Both the position numbers and the translations under genes were made by a program. A DNA stretch of 64,000 nucleotides from Coleofasciculus chthonoplastes F2-STO-03 (GTDB lineage Bacteria > Cyanobacteriota > Cyanobacteriia > Cyanobacteriales > Coleofasciculaceae): assembly GCA_040222015.1 (NCBI GenBank), contig JAVJWO010000195.1, positions 1 to 64,000 on the forward strand, in the 5' to 3' direction. The notes under the pieces were generated by a model that was given only the letters and a program-made list of their open reading frames with translations, was not told where the DNA came from and searched no databases. Shown here in pieces: positions 38,304 to 48,600 of this stretch (position 1 is its first letter; the number at the start of each line of letters is the position of its first letter).

Positions 38304-40466
38304 TTAAAACTGATAACGAACTGAAAAGTGAAATCCTTCATCTTGAGCATTCTGACCTTGATCCTCCAGTTCCACTAAGGGTAAACCATAGTCAAGGCGC
38401 AAATCTAATCCAGGTAGCGGTTGCCAAAGTATTCCTATACCCAGACTGGCTAAAAACTGCTCTTGAGGCAGAGGGTTCTGATTATCGGGATTATTCCACA
38501 CCCAACCCGCATCAAAAAATGGCGCAATTTGAAACGTTGACGCACCGGATGCATTTTTCTCTAAGGTGATCCGGTCTTCTAAGAACAATCGCACCCCGTT
38601 ATCTCCAATTCGAGCATTCTGTCGATAGCCTCGCACGGATTGAGCGCCACCAATAACAAATTGCTGAGACGGCAAAAGAGTATTGGGAGTCAGTTGAATG
38701 TCAGCCCCCATAATTAAAAAATGACCATCACTGAAAATTTGAACTCGTTGGATCTGACCCAGCCAGGTCAAAAAACGTCCATCCGGATCAGGATCGGGAT
38801 TAACAGTCGCATCCAACCACCCTGTACCCAGACTAAAGAGCGATCGCACTGACCACGCTCCCCTGGAATCACGACGTAGGTAGTCTTGTCCAAATTGAAT
38901 TACACTGGTGCGCGTTATCCCGTCAATATCAGCACCAGGACTTAAAGGGGCAGGCATATCCAAAAAAAATGTCTGACTGTTCCTAAAACTAAAAGCTAGG
39001 GATAGGGAGAATTCTTCACGGGAGGTGCGAATTAAGGGTTGACTAAAACTAATCTCATACTGTTCTGATTCCCCCTCAATCCCGAATTGAGCAAAGGGTT
39101 CGGCTGTGACTTGATTGCGATCAACGCTGGCTTGCACTTGCAGGGTGCCATTTTTCGGATTCAGGGGAAGGCGATAGCCCATGTTGATCACCTTTGAACC
39201 GCTCGTGGTGGAATAGGAGTAACTAGCGGTTAGTTCATCCCCATACCCGGTCAGATTACGATAGCGTCCATTTACGCCCAATCGTTCTGAACCTACACTC
39301 GGCGGTGAATAGTTATCGGTGGTAAGACTACTTTCAAAGGGATTGGCTTCAACAACACGAATAATTAAATTGCTCTTTCCCGATTGACTACCCGCGCGAA
39401 GACTAGCTTCTACGGATTCAAATAAGGGATTCGCCCGCAGTAGCCGCAATTTATCTTCCAAGCGAGCGGTATTTAAGGGGGTGCTGACACCAAGCTGAAT
39501 CCGATTCCGGATGTAACTGGGTTTAAGGCGACGAATTCCCTCAATTTTAATCTCCTCCAGACTCCCTTCTAGGACAAAAATCTCTACGACACCATCAGTA
39601 ATCACCTGGTCTACTAGAATGGCTCTTGAGGTGATGTAACCACGATTTAAATAGAGTTGAGTGATGGCATCAGCAGCCTCTTGCAATTGTTGTAGGGTAA
39701 CCGCTTCTCCTTCCAAGGGTTGGACAATGGGATTGAAGTCATCGAGTTCAAAGATGGTGCTACCTGTGACATTGATTTTCTCGATTTGAATAGTCTCCAC
39801 GTTAGAATTTGTGGGACGAGAGGGAGTGGGTTCGGGTTGGGTCAACGGTGGGGACTCATCAGGACGTAAGGGTTCAGGACTAGGCGTGGGTTGAGGAAAA
39901 CGATCGTCTGGACTGGGTTGGATGGTTTCGGGGTTGGGAATCGTGGACGGGGTTTGTGCGATCGGAACCTCATCCAGGTAAGCGTGATCTGGGGTAAAAA
40001 TAGGGTCGAGTTTGGAGTGAGACGCTTCTGGATCAAAAGAGCGATCGCAAGATTCGAGTTCAGCACGATTGGGCTGCTCTCTACAGGCTTCCTCAGCTTC
40101 TCTCTCCCCGTACTGGAGATCCTTAGTTAGCTCCTGTTCGTTTAAAGCGTGATTATCTCCGTCTACTCTGCCATTTAACTCTTGTCCTGGGAGCCAGTCC
40201 TCCTCTGTCCTAAAGTCATTTTCTGCCTTCTGAGAGCCTTCTACCTTCTGAGAGCCTTCTACCTGCTGAGATTGCTGGTGAGAGAGTTCCATAAGATTAG
40301 GGAAATGAACAGGGTTTTGGCTCACTTGTGACACAGACATTGGAGTTGTACCCAGCGCCGTTGGTGCATTTAAACCCATAATACCCACCCAAACAGGTGT
40401 CAGTTGTCCCAGAATTTGCCTCTTCAAAAAAATATGCACTAAAAGCTTACTCCCCGACTCTTTCAT
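38304..40466 (-). CDS. ShlB/FhaC/HecB (TpsB) two-partner secretion outer-membrane protein
   Basis: POTRA (ITQLYLNRGYITSRA), DNYSPPSVGSER, SVRGYRQN, C-terminal FSVRYQF. Confidence 0.92.
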   Translation of the reverse strand: MKESGSKLLVHIFLKRQILGQLTPVWVGIMGLNAPTALGTTPMSVSQVSQNPVHFPNLMELSHQQSQQVEGSQKVEGSQKAENDFRTEEDWLPGQELNGRVDGDNHALNEQELTKDLQYGEREAEEACREQPNRAELESCDRSFDPEASHSKLDPIFTPDHAYLDEVPIAQTPSTIPNPETIQPSPDDRFPQPTPSPEPLRPDESPPLTQPEPTPSRPTNSNVETIQIEKINVTGSTIFELDDFNPIVQPLEGEAVTLQQLQEAADAITQLYLNRGYITSRAILVDQVITDGVVEIFVLEGSLEEIKIEGIRRLKPSYIRNRIQLGVSTPLNTARLEDKLRLLRANPLFESVEASLRAGSQSGKSNLIIRVVEANPFESSLTTDNYSPPSVGSERLGVNGRYRNLTGYGDELTASYSYSTTSGSKVINMGYRLPLNPKNGTLQVQASVDRNQVTAEPFAQFGIEGESEQYEISFSQPLIRTSREEFSLSLAFSFRNSQTFFLDMPAPLSPGADIDGITRTSVIQFGQDYLRRDSRGAWSVRSLFSLGTGWLDATVNPDPDPDGRFLTWLGQIQRVQIFSDGHFLIMGADIQLTPNTLLPSQQFVIGGAQSVRGYRQNARIGDNGVRLFLEDRITLEKNASGASTFQIAPFFDAGWVWNNPDNQNPLPQEQFLASLGIGILWQPLPGLDLRLDYGLPLVELEDQGQNAQDEGFHFSVRYQF

Positions 40467-40767
40467 CGTTGAGCGCCCCCAGCGACTAATTGTTCTGGAA
40501 TAACTGCCGTTACATAAAACTTAATGTGATATTTTTATCATACAGCACACCATCTTGTCTTTCAGGAAAAAATAAGTTCAAAACATTTTTCCTCCAAATA
40601 TCTAGAAATTACCTGTGAATCAGGCTCTAAGTTTCTTATCCCACCACTCTCAGTTGAGGTGTTTCCACTTGCCACGTCCCTGATTCTACCTGTTGAACCG
40701 CCGTGGAATTAAAAAGTTCTGCCAGCTTGACAGTAATTTCTTCGGGTTTCATCTTGTTTTTTCCAGA

Positions 40768-40977
40768 TATAGCAAGTCGCTAGGCGTGTATTTATAGCAA
40801 CCGCCATGGCTGTTAGGACACATCATTTATGTAGAGACCAAACATGGACGGTCTCTACAATGGTGCCGAACGTCCTAATCGATGTGTCTATTGCTATACA
40901 ACTCTCGTAGCTGAAACTTAGTCCAGGTAAGATGTTTCTGAATCCAAAGTGTAAATAGATCAGCGCGAAGCGCTATA
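40768..40977. mobile_element. Nested TA-flanked IS630-type MITEs (outer 40768-40977, inner 40793-40898 containing a GTAGAGAC..GTCTCTAC palindrome)
   Basis: Two TATAGC starts and two GCTATA ends in nested order. Confidence 0.6.
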
Positions 40978-41106
40978 ATTTCGTAAAAAAATCCCCCGAC
41001 AGTTATCAGGGGACACTTCTAGAAGTATGAAAGATTCGGGATCAAGTGTGAAGGGGCAAGATTGACGATAGTTCTTGGTTATCCTTTGTCCTTCACACTT
41101 TAATCG

Positions 41107-42360
41107 TTAGAGCCATTCGGGAACAGCTTCTTCTTTGGTGTTGGTGTTGCGTGAGGGCGTCTCGCGGGTAAATTTCATCTGAATCGAGCGAGTTTGTTCG
41201 CCATCTGCTGCTACTGCCATAATCGGGTAGTCGATCAAACCATCTTGGAAGGACATCTGGAAGCGGAAGGTTCCGTCTGGATTCAGTTTAATTGGACGCC
41301 CACCAATGGTTACGGTGGCATCGGGTTCGGTTGCCCCGTAGACAATCAATTCAGCATCGGCAACCAACCAGAACTGACGAGGACGAATCGGTGGCATAGA
41401 AGCCGACATCCCCATCCCGACTCCGGACATGCCAACACCGGACATGGTTAAGCCAGACATGGTGGGTACAGCCCACATCCCTGCCCCAGAGGGGAAGATG
41501 TAGGAACTGACGGATTGAGACGGAGCCATCGATCCGGGAACATGCTGCATTGAACCGTACATAGAACCCGCGACGCGCTGAGCTTCGGCAGATTTTGCCA
41601 TGCCAAAGATTTCGTCGTAGATGGGGTTCTCGGTATGTGCGGTATCTGCGGTAACAGGTTGGCGCTTTCTGGGAGGAACCAACTCGTATAAGGTTTTGCC
41701 TTGGAGTTCTTCATCCCAATTAACGGTGATGAATTGGTCTTCAATCCAGTCGCTGGGATAAACCGGGGGAACATGGACGGGTGTAGAACGGGCTAGGATT
41801 AACCAACGACCATCGGCACAACGATAACCGATATCCACTACGTAGTCGCGATCGCTAACGGGTAGAGGTAAGTACCATTCTCTTGCTAGTTCGTCACAGG
41901 GATATTCCTGAATGCTATGGGCGCTTTGGTATTCCAGGTTAATATCGGTGACATCATAAATCCGCAGCGCTAATTGCTGTCCTCCCTGACGCCGCAGCTC
42001 TTCCTTGTGTTCGTTAGGAATATCCCAGTAGGTATACGCCCATTGGGGATCGCGGGGCATGAGTACGATCCGACTTTCACCATAACCAGAGGGTAAATCT
42101 GGTAATCCTTCGTCTACAGATGCTAGATCACCACCGGTGCGATCGTCTTGACCGAGTTCAAATTTAGATGCTTCCACTTCTGGTTGTGCCTCCACTGTGC
42201 TAGTTGGACTGATTGAGATTTTGGTATGTTGGACTTTTTGAATTTCTGCCAGTAACTGTGCTTTACGCATCCGGCTATACCGTGAGATGCCGTACTCACT
42301 GGCAACTCTACGCAGTTGCCGTAAGGTCATCTCTTCTAAAGGTGGGCGTTCTTTTGCCAT
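41107..42360 (-). CDS. DUF4912 domain protein with N-terminal Rho_N-like domain
   Basis: LEEMTLRQLR..YSRMRKAQL; LPSGYGESRIVLMPRDPQWAYTYW; FWLVADAELIVYGATEP; ATG at 42360. Confidence 0.9.
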   Translation of the reverse strand: MAKERPPLEEMTLRQLRRVASEYGISRYSRMRKAQLLAEIQKVQHTKISISPTSTVEAQPEVEASKFELGQDDRTGGDLASVDEGLPDLPSGYGESRIVLMPRDPQWAYTYWDIPNEHKEELRRQGGQQLALRIYDVTDINLEYQSAHSIQEYPCDELAREWYLPLPVSDRDYVVDIGYRCADGRWLILARSTPVHVPPVYPSDWIEDQFITVNWDEELQGKTLYELVPPRKRQPVTADTAHTENPIYDEIFGMAKSAEAQRVAGSMYGSMQHVPGSMAPSQSVSSYIFPSGAGMWAVPTMSGLTMSGVGMSGVGMGMSASMPPIRPRQFWLVADAELIVYGATEPDATVTIGGRPIKLNPDGTFRFQMSFQDGLIDYPIMAVAADGEQTRSIQMKFTRETPSRNTNTKEEAVPEWL

Positions 42361-42788
42361 GAATATGCTCTCCAATTGTTAGGTCGGTAGGTTGTATCTC
42401 TCCTGGTGAATCAAAAGATGGGGATCATAATTTAACAACATCACATTTGATAAAGGTTAATGATTCCTACCGCCTTGGAGTAAGTCAGTCTCGGTGACGC
42501 ATTGCATTCGTCTTTCGTTTGGGCAGGTACAAACTCACGCACGACTTACTGTTTAGGCTGACGTTGGGGATTTCTCCCGATAACACTTAGGTTTCTCCAG
42601 TCAGGATCACAGAAATACTCATAATCAGTATTTCTTTGGGATCGCTTTATTTATCTATGTACCAGAAATGCCTTAGGTATGGTCAAGGGGATCAAGACGC
42701 CAATTTTCACGAATTGACGAATTTACAAGCTTATCGGGGATCGCAATGTCATGAAATCATGACATTTTGACGACAAGGGGATCGCTTA

Positions 42789-43110
42789 GGGGAGCAGGGG
42801 GAGCAGAGGGAGCGGGGGGAGCAGAGGGAGCGGGGGGAGCTGGGGGAGCAGAGGGAGCGGGGGGAGCTGGGGAAGATGAGGGAGATGGGGAAGATGAGGG
42901 AGATAGAGGAGTCATGTTCCAGGCGTGATTACAGAAGCATCTGTCTGTAGGGGCGGGTTTAGGGACTAATATTGATTGTTATCCCTAGCTTGGCAGCAAA
43001 ACCCGCCCCGACCAAATGACAAATGACAAATGACAAATGACAAATGACAAATGACAAATGACAAATGACAAATGACAAATGACGAATGACGAATGACAAA
43101 TGACGAATAA
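42789..43110. repeat. GGGGAGCAG-type tract, GTAG REP and (TGACAAA)n STRR tract
   Basis: Directly visible; REP ~42947-43010; heptamers ~43014-43110. Confidence 0.88.
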
Positions 43111-43111
43111 C

Positions 43112-44527
43112 CTAGAAATTAAAAAACCCCTCATCAGAGAAATCCTGCTGTTCTAGCCAATCTTGACCCAACTGAATGGTCACATCGGAGGCGAGAGAAC
43201 CCGTACTCTCGACCCGCACCTCACCAAATCCCAAATCAGCCCGGATAGCCGCAGCGCTGGTTTCGTCTCCTTTTTGGGCAATGATGCGTGTAACCTTTAA
43301 GGGTTCTGCCCAAGGTTCGCCGACATAATTATTTCGATAACCGGCTTCTCTTAGGGTACTGATTAGGGATTGAACAGCTTCTGAATTATCCGTACTATCT
43401 TGAATCGCCACCCGCAAATAAGCTGGATCAATATCGGAGAGTTCGCTATAACCTTGATCGAAATGTTGAGCCACCATTTGTCGAATCTGGCGGTGGTTGG
43501 GTAGCCAGTAACTGACTTCATTTTCACCGGTACCGTTAAACCGACCTGGAACCATTAACATTTGTACGTCAGACCGTTTACTATCAACAGCAAATCCAAT
43601 CAAAGCCACCAATTCTTCAACGCTTAAGTTGGTGTCAATGTGAGACTGAATCACCGATAAAATTTTAGGTAGTCGGGCTAAAGTTGTAGGATTAAGGGCT
43701 TGCTCGATTAATGCCCGCATCAGGATTTGTTGACGCTGTACTCGACCGACATCACCATATTTGTCATAGCGAAAGCGCAAAAATTGCATCGCCTGATCGC
43801 CATTCAGATGCTGTTTACCTTGCTTAAGGTTGATATAGAGATGTTGAGAATCATCTTGATATTTCATATCCTTGGGAACATACACAGTGACGCCACCCAA
43901 GGCATCTACGAGCTTTTCCACACCTTGGACATTCACTCGCACATAACGGTCAATCCCTACACCATCGAGGAGTTCACTGGCTGCCTTTGCCGTTAATGCT
44001 GGTCCACCATGATAATTAGCCGCATTAATTTTAGTGACACCATACCCTTCAACGTAGGTTTGGGTATCACGGGGAATGGAGAGAACATTTAATTTTTGGT
44101 TATTAGGGTCAAACCGAACCAACAGCATGGTGTCGGAATGCCCATCAAAGGAATTGACCAGTGCATGGTAGCCTAACTCGTCCTGTGTCGGTTCATCCAA
44201 GTCAGAGGTAAGAACCTTCGTCCCCAATATCAAAATATTAACAGGTCGCGTCAATTCGGGCAGTCGCATACTATTGCGGGTCATACTACCCTTTTCACTA
44301 AAGACAGCTGCCTCATCATCACTCAGTTGGCTTTGCAGTAAAGGCATACTCGATAGCGAAACAGCAAGCATTGCCCCGGCTGTCGCGGATAACATGGCGA
44401 CGCCAGTAAAGCCTAACCACAGCCAAAGCCAATGTCCTCGTTTAGCTTTAGTCGGTTTTTTTTTCGGCGGTTGACTTCTCTTTTTCTGTCCTGGGCGGGG
44501 TTGTTCGTAGGTTTTTCGAGCTGACAC
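43112..44527 (-). CDS. LCP family protein with LytR C-terminal domain (second paralog)
   Basis: NILILG, SDTMLLVRFDP, LSIPRDT, KINAAN, RFRYD..GDVGRVQRQQ, DVTIQLGQDW. Confidence 0.92.
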   Translation of the reverse strand: MSARKTYEQPRPGQKKRSQPPKKKPTKAKRGHWLWLWLGFTGVAMLSATAGAMLAVSLSSMPLLQSQLSDDEAAVFSEKGSMTRNSMRLPELTRPVNILILGTKVLTSDLDEPTQDELGYHALVNSFDGHSDTMLLVRFDPNNQKLNVLSIPRDTQTYVEGYGVTKINAANYHGGPALTAKAASELLDGVGIDRYVRVNVQGVEKLVDALGGVTVYVPKDMKYQDDSQHLYINLKQGKQHLNGDQAMQFLRFRYDKYGDVGRVQRQQILMRALIEQALNPTTLARLPKILSVIQSHIDTNLSVEELVALIGFAVDSKRSDVQMLMVPGRFNGTGENEVSYWLPNHRQIRQMVAQHFDQGYSELSDIDPAYLRVAIQDSTDNSEAVQSLISTLREAGYRNNYVGEPWAEPLKVTRIIAQKGDETSAAAIRADLGFGEVRVESTGSLASDVTIQLGQDWLEQQDFSDEGFFNF

Positions 44528-44769
44528 TTGGTTTCCTCACACACACATAAGCGATCAGGATGGGTTTAGGCAGATGATACACGCTGATGCCCTCATTGCT
44601 TACCCTAAGTTTGATTGAGAGAGTTTGACACAAACACTCCTATCAGGTTTTCTCACCGTTTGGGGCAAAACCAGGCAAATACGGCAAAAGATGAGAGCAG
44701 TTGATCAACTTCAGGCAAAAAGCCCGTCACCATTTTCCTATAACCGGACAACCCAAACGCTGAAATCGT

Positions 44770-45147
44770 TTACTCGGACAGATGCTTTCGCACTTTTCCT
44801 TCCGCCACCTGGCTAATCCCAGGCAGACGGGGTAACTTCCCTTGCCACAAGCGCACCATGAGCCAAACACTCACTAAAAAATACCCAGAGGTGAGCATGG
44901 TATTCATAAATAACAGGCGGAAGCTCCAAAACTCGGTGAGCTGTGCCCCTGACAATAATAAAATGTAGCCTACTAGCCAAGCGAAAGCCAAGGTTACAGA
45001 CAAACGACTCACCGCTTGCTGTTCTCGCGTTCCTTGGCGACGGTAGATTGTCCACAGTGCCGGAAAAAAGCCGATCACAGGCAGCAGGTAGGCAAATAGC
45101 TGTAAACGTTGCAGGTTTTGATTGTCCAATGGGTCGAGTTGATTCAT
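44770..45147 (-). CDS. Conserved hypothetical membrane protein
   Basis: Three TM segments; YLLPVIGFFPALWT, SRLSVTL, RLPG. Confidence 0.75.
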   Translation of the reverse strand: MNQLDPLDNQNLQRLQLFAYLLPVIGFFPALWTIYRRQGTREQQAVSRLSVTLAFAWLVGYILLLSGAQLTEFWSFRLLFMNTMLTSGYFLVSVWLMVRLWQGKLPRLPGISQVAEGKVRKHLSE

Positions 45148-45259
45148 TGTGCTTTGATTTAAGGCATAAAAACCTGATCAGGTGGGAATTTGCTCATTGC
45201 TCATCAGTGCTAAAAAAAGGAATAATATCACAACCGCATACCAGGTAGCCTAAAAACGT

Positions 45260-45463
45260 ATGGGTATTCAGTTCACTTTCATTATCAAAGTCTTAATTCT
45301 CGCCCTAGGCATTTCCCTGCTGATCAAGTACGCCAGTCCTAGTTTACCCCCTATTCCGGCAACATCCGGGAATGCCCTGATTGCCGTACTCACACCCGCT
45401 ATAATTTTAGCGATCGCTCTTTTATGGCGCTTCTGGAAATTTCATCAGCCTCCGGTTGAATAG
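45260..45463 (+). CDS. Small hypothetical membrane protein
   Basis: 67 aa, two TM helices; FIIKVLIL..ISLLIKY..ALIAVLTP. Confidence 0.65.
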   Translation: MGIQFTFIIKVLILALGISLLIKYASPSLPPIPATSGNALIAVLTPAIILAIALLWRFWKFHQPPVE

Positions 45464-45481
45464 AGGGAGTCAACACTTAGT

Positions 45482-45637
45482 CAGGGCGGGTTTTGCACAA
45501 ACGTGATCATCAATAACTAAATGCAAGTCCCTAAACCCGCCCCTACGAATTTTGGATTTTGGGTTCACCGAAACCCTGGATATACCCTAGGGTGGACAAT
45601 GCCCGCCAGTAGAGACGCGCCATGGCGCGTCTCTACA
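45482..45637. repeat. GTAG REP-like palindromes
   Basis: AGGGCGGGTTTT...AAACCCGCCCCTAC and GTAGAGACGCGCCATGGCGCGTCTCTAC. Confidence 0.8.
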
Positions 45638-45640
45638 CCC

Positions 45641-48600
45641 TTACCAAGGACTTCCTACTAACGTAAACGCGCTCCAAAAATAAGGATGAGTCAACGCCTT
45701 GTCCTCAATTCCAGCTAATTCTTCCGGTAAATCAATTGTCCCATTGGGAGTGATCAATTGCCCATTTTCAATTCTAACTTTACCCTGAATCATCGCTAAT
45801 TGGGTCTGTCGCAGCGCTTCGGCTTTAATCGGGACTTGCTTTAAGTTTTGATAAAAAGTGGTCATTAATCCCAATGTCCCCTCATCACTGACATACCAGA
45901 GACTTCCTAACGCTGATTTCACCCCCGCTTGTACCGCTAACCCAGTAAATCCTAACTCCGCCTCTTCATTTCCTAATGCGGTTCGACAAGCACTTAATAC
46001 CATGAGTTCTACAGGTGGATTATGCAGTCCAAGTTGGCGAATTTGATCCAGGGATAGTCTCGTATTCCAAAATTGGATATAGGAATTTTCCGGTTGACCC
46101 GGTTTAAATTCACCATGAGTTGCCAAATGCACAATACCAAAGGGTTGAGACGCCCGTGCTGCTTTCAGATTTTCGGGAGTAAACGTAGAATTCAGGAAGG
46201 ATTCACCTTGCCATAGATTATCTGCGATCGCGGATAATTCCACAGGCACAGCAGGTAACGGATTTTGCTCCGTAAATTCCGACGCCCCCATTGCCAAAAC
46301 CTGTAAATCCCTCACATCCACATAACGAGTATCCGTTAGCGACAAACTCGGCATAAACCCAATACTATAGCGTTCAACAATAAAACCATTGCCATCATGG
46401 AGCGCCGCTACTGGTAATGAGCGCAAACCCTGATCCATAATAAAAGCCAAATTATTAATCTCCCTCTTTTGTAACTCCGCCTCCAAAGGAGCAATTAACC
46501 ACTGATATAATTGTTGTGCGCTGGCAAGATACGGACGAGGAATGCGAGTATCCGTAACCGCACGACGGAAACCTTGTACCATTTCCATCACCCTTTTCCG
46601 ACTTGCCCCCGGAACAACAAATCGCATCGGTTCCCCACCAGCCGTCACCAAAATCAACTCCAATGTATCCGTATCTTCCCAAACCTCCTGAGCCAAAAAC
46701 ATCTCATCCCAACCACCAACCCCCTCTGCGAACCTCTGCGCTTCCCTCTGCGCCCCTCTGCGTTTTCTCGTCTCAACTTCCACTCTCCCACCATCATCTC
46801 CAACACCATCTCCTGGCACAAACACCGCATAAATCAGAGCTGGTTTCACCCCAGCCGCCTGTTCAATCTTTTGTAAAGTATTTTGAGCTTGTATCAGCGT
46901 AATAATTGGCGTCTCACTTAACCCCCAATACTCTTCATACTCATTCGTGAACGCGGTTTCAGTTTCCGCGATCGGACTCAAAACTGGAGAAGTATCGCAG
47001 TCGCCAGGATTATTAGGACATACTGATAAATGCAATGTATGGTTTTGAGATAGACTGAGTGTTCTAACCGTTATAGCGGTTGCTATATCAGTCCCGAAAT
47101 CCTCAGTGATATCCTCAGATTCATCTATATCGTCTGGTTCGGTATCTAAACAGTCGGGAGGGCAAGAACCTGTAATAAATTCATCCGTGATAATCTGAAT
47201 ATTTCCTGCGGTTTTATTCTCAGTAAACGATTGGAAAGGCTCAAGATTAGACTCGCCACTGGTAATCGCACCTGCTGTACCATTAATGGAGGCATCACCC
47301 ACATTAAAAGGAATCAAACCTTGACCGCCATGTTGGATGCTAATCCCACCTCCGCCGTTACCTCCGGCTGTAGAAATACTGGTATTTTTCTCATTTTGGT
47401 CGATAAATGTGTCGGTTATCTGGATGAATCCGCCAGCGGTAATGTCAACGTTTCCGCCTGTACCGTTAATTCCGGCTTGGGTATTAATTGCGGTAACTTG
47501 AATATTATTTTCAGCATTAAGGGTAATGGAACCGCCATCACCTGAACTGGAACTTGTGTCTAGGGATTGAGTCGTAATATCTTGACTGGCTGTTAGGTCA
47601 ATACTATTGGCAGCTATTGTCTCATTGGCTATGATATTGGCGGCATTATTGACCGTCAATCCAGCAAGTTTTCTTGAGGTAGCCGTACCTGTTCCTGTGG
47701 TGTATTGAGCCGCCACTTCTGAGGGGGATAAGGCAGAATCGTAAATGGCTACTTCGTCAATACTGCCCCGGAAAAAATTATCAACTGCGTTCCCCCCTCT
47801 ACGTGCTAGAAAAAGTGGAGAATTATTTTGTGTCGGGCTATTTATAGTATCGGTATTCGTATCTTCTAGAATTCCATCAACATATAAAGAGAGTGTCGAA
47901 CCCTCTTTGATAAAAGCAATGTGATGAAACTGTCCATCGTCTATGGATACTGTTGAGTTAACGGTAGGACTCAGATTTGTAGGAACACCATCATATCGCG
48001 CAGCAAGGATTTTTCCTGATTGGTAGAAATAGCGAATCACATAAGGGTATGGCTCGCCTCCACTCCATTTTTCAATGACATCCTTATCACCGGCTACCGT
48101 ATCCAATTGTTCAGGCGACACTTGAATCCAAGCGGTTATCGTAAAATCTTCATTCGTGCCAAAATCAATAAAATCTGAATCGGGAATTTCTACATACCCT
48201 GTCGTACCATCAAAAAATGGGGCTGGATTAGCATCATCCACTAACGCCCCCTCTTGATTACGATTTACCCCACCAAAGTAAGTGCCATCTATATTGTTTC
48301 CAGACGAGTCAAAAGCTGTCTCCCCCTCTTCATCCAAACGCCAATATCCTACCGGATCATCTAACAGTACCGCCACATTATAAGGTAACGCTCCACCTAC
48401 AGCACCATTAAACGTAATATTCCCGGTTCCAGCTTCTAAAGTTAACGTATCCGTACCTGGATTAAAGGCATGAAGACTACGATTAAATGTAATATCCCCG
48501 CCCACTGTAGAACCTGTGCTGAGTGTCTGACTACTGCGAAGAATTACAGGTGCTTCAAAGGTGAGATTTCCACCATTTAAGTAAACTGAGGCATCCAAGT

